Assembly (NCBI GenBank): GCA_024655825.1
Contig: JANLFJ010000016.1
Coordinates: 1,086 to 65,085, forward strand
From: Peptococcaceae bacterium
GTDB taxonomy: Bacteria > Bacillota > Peptococcia > DRI-13 > PHAD01
Direction: 5' to 3'
DNA length: 64,000 bases
The position numbers were made by a program, and so were the translations under genes. The notes under the pieces are model-generated. The model did not search any database and was not told where the DNA came from. It worked only from the letters and a program-made list of their open reading frames with translations. Shown here in pieces: positions 28,748 through 35,438 of this stretch. Each line of letters starts with the position of its first letter. The stretch's first letter is position 1.

Positions 28748-29866
28748 TTAAAAAAACACCTCGTCTATGACCCCGCCGCCCACTACCAGGTCGCCCCGGT
28801 AATAGACCACGGACTGACCCGGAGTGATGGCCCGCTGCGGCTGCAGGAACCGCACACAGACCCTGCCGTCTTCTTCCGGTGATATAACGGCCCGGGCAGG
28901 CTCTGCGCCGTAGCGTATTTTGGCTTCCACATCCAGCTCTTGCTTCAGGCTTTCCAGGGCGATAAAATTATTGTCCCTGGCTCGGAGACCTTCCCTGTAG
29001 ATTTCTTCTTCACGCCCCACAATCACGTTGTTATTTTCTGGATCAAGAGCCACCACGTAAGCCGGGTAACCCATCGCCAGTCCCAGGCCCTTTCGCTGGC
29101 CCACGGTGTAATACGGCAAGCCTTTGTGTTTTCCAATGACTTTTCCCTTGGTATCCAGAAAGTACCCCGGTTTAATCTCCTTTGCGGCGGCCTTATTCTC
29201 TAAAAACCTTTTATAGTCGTTATCCGGGATAAAGCATATTTCCTGGCTCTCCGGTTTTTTGGCCACGGCAAGGCCCAGCTGCGCGGCTTTTTCCCTGATA
29301 CGCTCCTTGCTGTAAGCGCCCAGGGGGAAAATGGTCCAGGCGAGCTGCTCCTGGGTAAGGTTATACAATACGTAGCTCTGGTCCTTGCTCCTGTCATCCC
29401 CCCGGTAAAGCAGGTAGCGCCCTGTTCTTTCATCAAAATCGATCCTGGCGTAATGCCCGGTGGCGATACCGGCGGCTTCCAGTTCCCGTGCTTTTTTTAT
29501 CAAAGCCCCGAACTTGATATGCCGGTTGCAGGCTATGCATGGGTTAGGCGTTCTCCCGCGCAGGTATTCGTCAATAAAATAACCGATAACTTTTTGGGCA
29601 AAGAGTTCCTGAAAGTTCACCACATAATGAGGAATGCCCAGCCTTTCCGCCACATTGCGGGCATCCTGGACAGCCTGCGTGGAACAGCAGGCGTTTTCCC
29701 TCAGATCCGCCGTGCCGCATTCCCACGTCTTCATGGTAACACCAATCACATCATAACCTTCCTCAAGAAGCAGGGCACAGGCTACGGAACTGTCCACACC
29801 GCCGCTCATGGCCACCACAACACGGTCGCCTTTGTTTATTCTTCTTTTTTCAATCATCGCCATCAC
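28748..29866 (-). CDS. mnmA: tRNA 2-thiouridine(34) synthase MnmA
   Basis: 372 aa. PP-loop VVAMSGGVDSSV and catalytic-region motifs. The start overlaps the rarA stop. Confidence 0.95.
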   Translation of the reverse strand: MMAMIEKRRINKGDRVVVAMSGGVDSSVACALLLEEGYDVIGVTMKTWECGTADLRENACCSTQAVQDARNVAERLGIPHYVVNFQELFAQKVIGYFIDEYLRGRTPNPCIACNRHIKFGALIKKARELEAAGIATGHYARIDFDERTGRYLLYRGDDRSKDQSYVLYNLTQEQLAWTIFPLGAYSKERIREKAAQLGLAVAKKPESQEICFIPDNDYKRFLENKAAAKEIKPGYFLDTKGKVIGKHKGLPYYTVGQRKGLGLAMGYPAYVVALDPENNNVIVGREEEIYREGLRARDNNFIALESLKQELDVEAKIRYGAEPARAVISPEEDGRVCVRFLQPQRAITPGQSVVYYRGDLVVGGGVIDEVFF

Positions 29867-31205
29867 CTGAAATATACTGCGTCTTCAGCCCTTTTGCTTC
29901 CTTTTTATATAAAACGCCCCTGTCCTTTCCCATCAGCGACGGTTTATAATACTTTACTCCCTTCAACTCCCTGGGCAGGTAATCCTGCTCAACATAGTGT
30001 TCCGGATAATCGTGAGGATACTTGTATCCTTTTCCATGTCCCATTTTCCCGGCGCCGGGATAACTGGCATCCCTCAAGTGCATGGGAACCGGTCCGTATT
30101 TCCCGTTCTTAACATCGGCCATGGCATCATGGACAGCCAGGACCGAATTGCTTTTCGGGGCACAGGCTATGTACAGCGCTGCCTCAGCCAAAAGAAGCTG
30201 TCCTTCCGGCAGTCCCACCTGTTCAAAACCCTGGGCGGCGGCATTGGCAACCACCAGGGCCAGAGGATCCGCCAGCCCCACGTCCTCCGCCGCGTGAATC
30301 AGAAGCCTGCGGGCGATGGCCCGGGGGTCCTCGCCGGCATGCAGCATGCGGGCAAGATAATGCAGAACGGCATCGGGGTCCGAACCGCGCATGCTTTTGA
30401 TAAAAGCGGAAAAAACGTCGTAATGCTGGTCACCCGTCCTGTCATAGAGAACGACCCTCTCCTGGATAGACTCCTCGGCACAAGCCAGGTCAATGACTCT
30501 CACTCCGTTTTCGTCGGGCTGTGTTGACATAACCGCCAGTTCCAAACCGTTCAAGGCCAGCCGGGCATCACCCCGGGCCGCCTGGGCCAGGTGTTCCAGG
30601 GCTTCAGGCGAAACAGCCGTCCGGTAATTACCAAGACCTCTTTCCTTGTCTGCCAGGGCCCTGCGCAAAAGCGCCAATATATCGCCCGTGCTCAGAGGTT
30701 CCAGTCTAAAAAGCCGGGAACGCGAAAGCAGGGGTGAATTAACACTGAAATAAGGATTTTCAGTGGTAGCCCCGATCAAAACGATTTTGCCTTCTTCCAC
30801 CGACGGCAGAAGAGCGTCCTGCTGGGCCCTGTTGAAACGGTGAATTTCATCAATAAACACAATAGTCCCCTGCTGGTAGAATCCCAGCCTCTCTTCCGCA
30901 TCCCTGACCACCTGGCGCAGTTCGTTCACCCCGGATGTCACCGCATTCAACCTGACAAAATGGGACTTTGTCATCCTGGCGATGACAAAAGCCAAGCTGG
31001 TCTTCCCCGTCCCCGGCGGGCCGTAAAAAATCATAGAGCCGAGCTGGTCCGCTTCAATCGCCCTTCTCAAAAGCTTGCCTGGACCGATGAGCGCTTCCTG
31101 CCCAACCAATTCGTCCAGGGTCTCCGGGCGCATCCTGGCAGCCAAAGGGGCCCTTCCTTTCAAAGCATCCTTTTGCGCCTGAGCAAAAAGATCCATCGTC
31201 ACCAC
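29850..31205 (-). CDS. rarA: Replication-associated recombination protein A (AAA+ ATPase RarA/MgsA)
   Basis: 451 aa. Walker A GPPGTGKTS, Walker B VFIDEIHRFN, MgsA C-terminal region. Confidence 0.95.
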   Translation of the reverse strand: MVTMDLFAQAQKDALKGRAPLAARMRPETLDELVGQEALIGPGKLLRRAIEADQLGSMIFYGPPGTGKTSLAFVIARMTKSHFVRLNAVTSGVNELRQVVRDAEERLGFYQQGTIVFIDEIHRFNRAQQDALLPSVEEGKIVLIGATTENPYFSVNSPLLSRSRLFRLEPLSTGDILALLRRALADKERGLGNYRTAVSPEALEHLAQAARGDARLALNGLELAVMSTQPDENGVRVIDLACAEESIQERVVLYDRTGDQHYDVFSAFIKSMRGSDPDAVLHYLARMLHAGEDPRAIARRLLIHAAEDVGLADPLALVVANAAAQGFEQVGLPEGQLLLAEAALYIACAPKSNSVLAVHDAMADVKNGKYGPVPMHLRDASYPGAGKMGHGKGYKYPHDYPEHYVEQDYLPRELKGVKYYKPSLMGKDRGVLYKKEAKGLKTQYISGDGDD

Positions 31206-31285
31206 CTCTAAAATAATTCTATCCCTGTCGCTCTAATACTGCAACACGGCTGGCCGCCGCTTGGATAACCCCAAAAGCCGGCAAA

Positions 31286-31312
31286 GAAAAAAACCGCGTT
31301 TGAACGCGCGGC
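31286..31312 (-). terminator. Rho-independent terminator after trxA
   Basis: Minus strand reads CCGCG-cgttcaaa-CGCGG followed by TTTTTTTC. Confidence 0.7.
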
Positions 31313-31335
31313 TTCTTTATATTAATGCAGATAGG

Positions 31336-31662
31336 CTACAAAACCTGGTCCAGCGCCTTGCTGAGATTGGCCTTGGGCATAAAACCGACCAGGCGGTTTA
31401 CCTCTTTCCCGTCTTTGTAAATGATAATTGTCGGTATGCTCATAACACCGTATTCCTGGGCAGTTTTGCCGTTTTCGTCCACATTGAGCTTACACACTTT
31501 AACCTTACCCCGGTAATCACTGGCCAGTTCCTCAATGACAGGAGCGATCATCCGGCAGGGCCCGCACCATGCAGCCCAGAAATCCACCAGGACGGGAGTA
31601 CCGGCTTCAAGAACTTCATCTTTAAAATTACTGTCCTGCACCTGGATAATATTATCAGCCAT
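31336..31662 (-). CDS. trxA: Thioredoxin
   Basis: 108 aa. WCGPC active site. The SD (AAGGAGG) sits in the 13-nt gap after csoR. Confidence 0.95.
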   Translation of the reverse strand: MADNIIQVQDSNFKDEVLEAGTPVLVDFWAAWCGPCRMIAPVIEELASDYRGKVKVCKLNVDENGKTAQEYGVMSIPTIIIYKDGKEVNRLVGFMPKANLSKALDQVL

Positions 31663-31675
31663 TTTTTCCGCCTCC

Positions 31676-31936
31676 TTACTTGATAAAATTGCTCATCACG
31701 CTCATCAGGTCGGCCAGAAGCGCCTCCCTTTCTTTAGCATCCCCTTTCAGGCCGTTTGATAAGCATTTTTTGGCGTGGTTTTCAAAAATCATGATCCCCA
31801 CTTTCGATACAGCAGCTCTTATGGCGGATATCTGGACAAGAATATCCATGCAGCAAGCATCTTCGTCAATCATGCGCTGAATTCCTCTCAACTGTCCTTC
31901 TATCCGCCTGAGCCTCCTTTTTATGCTTTCTTCCAT
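31676..31936 (-). CDS. csoR: CsoR/RcnR/FrmR-family metal- or thiol-sensing repressor (x-C-H-C fingerprint)
   Basis: 86 aa. RLRRIEGQLRGIQRMI helix 1, Cys in DACCMDIL, and H-x3-C in ENHAKKC. Confidence 0.85.
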   Translation of the reverse strand: MEESIKRRLRRIEGQLRGIQRMIDEDACCMDILVQISAIRAAVSKVGIMIFENHAKKCLSNGLKGDAKEREALLADLMSVMSNFIK

Positions 31937-31942
31937 CTCATT

Positions 31943-31959
31943 ATACCCCCCGGGGGTAT
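31943..31959 (-). promoter_or_regulatory. CsoR-type operator: 17-bp palindrome ATACCCCCCGGGGGTAT
   Basis: Read directly from the sequence. It lies between the candidate -10 element and the csoR start codon. Its C-tract/G-tract inverted repeat resembles reported CsoR operators (TACCC...GGGTA type). Confidence 0.6.
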
Positions 31960-31969
31960 CTTCAATATA

Positions 31970-31999
31970 ATTATACTGGTTATCTCAAGAGTTTGTCAA
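31970..31999 (-). promoter_or_regulatory. Candidate sigma-A promoter of csoR-trxA
   Basis: Minus strand reads TTGACA-18 nt-TATAAT. The operator lies immediately downstream. Confidence 0.55.
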
Positions 32000-32024
32000 G
32001 CGGTTATTTTGAGCGGTTATTTTG
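31999..32024 (-). repeat. Tandem 13-nt duplication (agcggttattttg x2) directly upstream of the csoR -35 element
   Basis: Positions 31999-32011 and 32012-32024 are identical. On the minus strand this gives two phased A-rich blocks (CAAAATAACCGCT x2). Confidence 0.9.
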
Positions 32025-32058
32025 AGCTGTCCGTGTAATGCTGTCCGGGTTTCTGCCG

Positions 32059-32760
32059 CTAAATCCCAAGCAAATCGCGAATTACGCCGGAAGCAAGCAA
32101 TAGGCCAGCTGCCGGCGGGACAAACGAAACGCTCCCGGTGAGGCGTTTCCCCTCGCCCGGTGCACAGGACGGTTTAACCGGCTGCTCATCCGAAAAAACC
32201 ACCTTTACTCCTCCGCTGATCCCTCTCTTTTTTAATTCGCGGCGCATGGCCCTGGCCAAAGGGCAGTTTGAAGTCTCGCCAATATCAGCTATCCTGAAGC
32301 GAGCCGGATCCAACCGGTTGCCGGCCCCCATCGCTGATATGACAGGTATGCCCCTGGAGACAGAAGTTTCAATAATAGCCAGCTTGCCGCCCACATCATC
32401 GATGGCGTCGACCACATAAGAGATGCCTGGCCGTACATATTCCCGGATATTTCTCTCATCGACCTTTTCCTTGAAAACCGTCACCTTGGCAGCGGGATTG
32501 ATGTCCTGCACGCGCTCCCGCAAGACTTCAACCTTGGGCCTGCCGACCGTCGAATGGAGCGCTTCCAGCTGCCTGTTGAGATCGGTTATACAAACACTGT
32601 CGGGGTCGACCAGGACGAGCCCACCGATCCCGGCGCGGGCCAGGGCCTCCACGGCAAATGACCCCACCCCGCCGACGCCGAATACCGCAACCACGCTGCA
32701 GGCCAGCCTGTTCAACCCTTCCTTGCCTATTAACAACTCCATCCTCGACAACTGGTGCAT
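32059..32760 (-). CDS. tcdA: tRNA threonylcarbamoyladenosine dehydratase (ThiF-family, TcdA/YrvM)
   Basis: 233 aa. GVGGVGSFAVEALARAG nucleotide-binding motif. Syntenic with B. subtilis yrvM. Confidence 0.88.
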   Translation of the reverse strand: MHQLSRMELLIGKEGLNRLACSVVAVFGVGGVGSFAVEALARAGIGGLVLVDPDSVCITDLNRQLEALHSTVGRPKVEVLRERVQDINPAAKVTVFKEKVDERNIREYVRPGISYVVDAIDDVGGKLAIIETSVSRGIPVISAMGAGNRLDPARFRIADIGETSNCPLARAMRRELKKRGISGGVKVVFSDEQPVKPSCAPGEGKRLTGSVSFVPPAAGLLLASGVIRDLLGI

Positions 32761-32843
32761 GGCGGCATCTCCGTTTTGGATAATCTATATTCACAAGATA
32801 TATTATAACTAAAATGACTCCTCAATTTTATTCATCTGACGAA

Positions 32844-33266
32844 TTATATAGTACCCGCTTTAAGCATATCTTCCACATTGTCTTTAAACAGAATGGCTCC
32901 ATATAATACGTTTTCTTCCATGGAAAGTCCAAACACAATATGCAGTACCTTTATTCCGCTGATCGATTCTATATCACTTAATACCCGCTGTTCCAGGTTG
33001 CCACAAATCTTCTTCCTGAGCCTCAACAATTCCTCCGGCCCGTCAGGAAGGTTTTTTAAATTCTCTTCAAGAAACGTCAATGTCCCCGAACAAAGGAAAG
33101 TCCCAATATTGCGGTTTATTTTCACCCACATGTCTTCCGGACCTTTGCCAAAAGTTTCAATATGCGTTCTTATAAAATACTTTCTTAATTCCTTTTCCAG
33201 GTCATATATCGATTTCCACCACATTTTTTCCTCCTGCAGCCGAGATGATTGATATGCGTTTCTCAC
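32844..33266 (-). CDS. DUF2294 (MpsC-like) domain protein
   Basis: 140 aa. ...YFIRTHIETFGKGPEDMWVKINRNIGTFLCSGTLTFLEENL... matches my memory of DUF2294. The GTG start overlaps the EAL gene stop (GTGA). Confidence 0.65.
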   Translation of the reverse strand: MRNAYQSSRLQEEKMWWKSIYDLEKELRKYFIRTHIETFGKGPEDMWVKINRNIGTFLCSGTLTFLEENLKNLPDGPEELLRLRKKICGNLEQRVLSDIESISGIKVLHIVFGLSMEENVLYGAILFKDNVEDMLKAGTI

Positions 33267-34759
33267 CGGATTGTTTTCAGGTTCCTTAAATCTGACAGTT
33301 CGCTTGGAGGCAATGGTTTACCCAGCAAAAAGCCCTGGACGTAATCGCACCCCAGATCTTTAAAAAATTCAAGCTGTTCGGTTGTCTCGACACCTTCAGC
33401 AATCACTTCAATCTTTAATCTTTTGGCAAGCATTATGACGGATTCGGCTATGGCTACATCCTTGTTGTTCCAGGGGATTCCTCTCACCAGATTGTAATCC
33501 AGTTTAAGAGCGTTGATCGGTATTTTGCTTAAATAATTCAAGGAAGAGTATCCTGTGCCAAAATCATCAAGGATCAACCTGACTCCAAGGTTTCTCAATC
33601 TTTCCAGCATCACTACGGATTTATCCATATTCATGGCCACAGATTCTGTAATTTCCAATTCCAGATAATACGGCTTAAGGTCCGTCTCTTTTAGTATGCC
33701 GTTTAGTGTGTTTATAAAACGGTGGTCGCGCAGTTGAATCCCTGAAATGTTAACCGAAACCCTGCGTACGGGAAATTCTGTTTCAAGCCAGGTCTTTAAC
33801 TGGCGGCAGGCGGAACGCAGCACCCACTCACCTATAGGCACTATTAGATTGGTTTGCTCGGCAATAGTTATAAACGACTCGGGCATGACCAGGCCTTTCT
33901 CCGGATCGAACCAGCGAAGCAGGGCCTCGGCTCCAATTATTATACCTCTTTTCAGGTCCAAAAGAGGCTGGTAATAGATTGCCAGTTCGTTAAAGCTCCC
34001 CTGCTGGACAATCCTTCTCAAATTGTTGGCAATGACCACTCTTTCCGCGTTTTTGAGGACCATCCTGTCGTTAAAAAAGCTGTAGCAGTTTTTCCCCAGG
34101 TCTTTAGCCTTGTTAAGCGCAATGCCGGCAAACTGTATCAACTGGATCGAATCGCGCCCGTGCAGCGGGTAGATGCAAATACCCATGCTTGCCGTGACAT
34201 ACAAGGCGTTACCGTTAACAGGGAACGGCTTTTCAAAACTATTGATAATCTTACCGGCGGTTCCTTCAATGTCCGCCAGGCTAAAAACATTTGGAAGAGC
34301 GAGCAGGAATTCATCCGCCCCTGAGCGGGCAATGAACGCTTCATGGCCCAGCATATCCCGGAGTCTCACTGTAACTGCCTTCAACAACTCGTCTCCGATC
34401 AAAGGGCCCATAATATCATTAATTTCGTTGAATTGATCAATATCCATATCTATTACTGCCAGGAGCCTATTCTCGCGCGTGCTTTTTCTCAAACAGGCCT
34501 CAAGGTGTCTCAAAAACGCCTCCCTGTCTGGCAAATCCGTCAATGAATCATAGTGAATTGCATATCTGCCTGCCAGCAAGTCCCGCCTGGCCTGGAATTT
34601 CCCCCATAAAAAAGCCGCTATGATTATGAAAATGACCGGAAGACAATAGATAAGCCTTTGATAATCCAGATACACGTGTAACAGTCCTAACAAAATGATA
34701 CCAAATGCGGTGATTGTTAATACTACTTTTCCCTGTACACCTTTATTTCCGGACTTCAT
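33263..34759 (-). CDS. Membrane-anchored degenerate-GGDEF + EAL protein (probable c-di-GMP phosphodiesterase); start uncertain
   Basis: Two TM helices. The GGDEF motif is replaced by SGADEF. EAL-domain motifs are intact (EALLRW, DDFGTGYSSL, EGVET, QGFLLGKP). The in-frame ORF extends to 35044, but that part covers an intrinsic terminator. Alternative starts are ATG 34759, or ATG 34880 if the G6 run is one nt shorter. Confidence 0.85.
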   Translation of the reverse strand: MKSGNKGVQGKVVLTITAFGIILLGLLHVYLDYQRLIYCLPVIFIIIAAFLWGKFQARRDLLAGRYAIHYDSLTDLPDREAFLRHLEACLRKSTRENRLLAVIDMDIDQFNEINDIMGPLIGDELLKAVTVRLRDMLGHEAFIARSGADEFLLALPNVFSLADIEGTAGKIINSFEKPFPVNGNALYVTASMGICIYPLHGRDSIQLIQFAGIALNKAKDLGKNCYSFFNDRMVLKNAERVVIANNLRRIVQQGSFNELAIYYQPLLDLKRGIIIGAEALLRWFDPEKGLVMPESFITIAEQTNLIVPIGEWVLRSACRQLKTWLETEFPVRRVSVNISGIQLRDHRFINTLNGILKETDLKPYYLELEITESVAMNMDKSVVMLERLRNLGVRLILDDFGTGYSSLNYLSKIPINALKLDYNLVRGIPWNNKDVAIAESVIMLAKRLKIEVIAEGVETTEQLEFFKDLGCDYVQGFLLGKPLPPSELSDLRNLKTIR

Positions 34760-34934
34760 GACCTGACGGACAGCCTCCCCTTGGACTGAAATGAATGAGA
34801 CTGGATTAAACAAATCGACTTTACCCTCAGAAACCCTTATACTCTCAGAGAGTAAAGTCGTCTTCCCCCCTTCTCTCCATGTATTTCTCTCCTTTTTGGT
34901 CTGGTGGAAATGCCTGGTTTTTATTTCTGCATAG

Positions 34935-34978
34935 TAAAAAAGCACACCCCAAACCTTGAAAGGTTTTTCGGTGTGCTC
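34935..34978 (-). terminator. Strong intrinsic terminator/attenuator in the leader of the EAL operon
   Basis: Minus strand reads AGCACACC-gaa-AAACC-tttcaa-GGTTT-gg-GGTGTGCT followed by TTTTTTAC. Confidence 0.75.
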
Positions 34979-35181
34979 CGTATCCTGGTAATACTGAACC
35001 TCAGCCCGAGCTCTCAATTTTGGGTAACAGCCGCTGATAGCCATCCCCAGGCATTATATTATTACTCTTTTTCAAATAACGCTATGCCTCTTTTGCCAGC
35101 ATTTAACATTATTCGACATAACCTTCTTTTTTCCTTCTTGTTTACGTAAAATTTTAAACGAAAGCATAATTTTTAAGTACA

Positions 35182-35380
35182 ATAAAACCCCACTATGCCG
35201 TGGGGCCGTTGTTTTGAACCTGCTCTCGGCAGGTGGGTACCCTCCCGGCTGCTTTTTGCTTCCTGTCTCGGCAGGCCTGCAAGCCACAGCCAGAGTCCGG
35301 GTTCCCGATGTAAAGGTGTTGGCTCAAAACTAATCGGCTCTTTCACACGGGCACCGCAGGGTACGAGGATATCCTTCGCA
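35182..35380 (-). ncRNA. ssrS: Candidate 6S RNA (SsrS)
   Basis: About 200 nt non-coding gap downstream of aspS, as with B. subtilis bsrA. By hand it folds into three parts. The closing stem is GUUUUGAGCC/GGUUCAAAAC, extended by GCCG/CGGC. The central bubble has about 14 nt on each strand. The irregular terminal stem is GGG-ACCC-CUGGCUG...CAGCCGG-GGGU-CCC. The UGAGCC and GGUUCAA elements echo E. coli 6S. The element ends in the terminator CCCCAC-ggcata-GUGGGG-UUUUAUU. Confidence 0.6.
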
Positions 35381-35384
35381 CTTA

Positions 35385-35413
35385 AATGTTAGCATAATGC
35401 CTGCGGTTATGCA
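35385..35413 (-). promoter_or_regulatory. Candidate promoter of the 6S-like RNA
   Basis: Minus strand reads TTGCAT-17 nt-TAACAT, with TGc immediately upstream of the -10 element (extended -10). Confidence 0.4.
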
Positions 35414-35438
35414 AGTTCCGTAAACTCCTGGTTTAATT

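Noticed and set aside
34979-35060. Possible fluoride (crcB) riboswitch, based on GGGGAUGG...CCCAAA...GGGCUGA
   Set aside because: The first loop is ~20 nt instead of ~8. The conserved 3' GAUGnnCCUAC-type pseudoknot strand is missing. The downstream genes are unrelated to fluoride export.
35072-35392. 71-aa minus-strand and 65-aa plus-strand ORFs in the aspS-EAL gap
   Set aside because: They overlap each other and the hairpins of the 6S-like RNA. They have no SD and Arg/Pro/Gly-rich nonsense composition. A structured RNA explains the region better.
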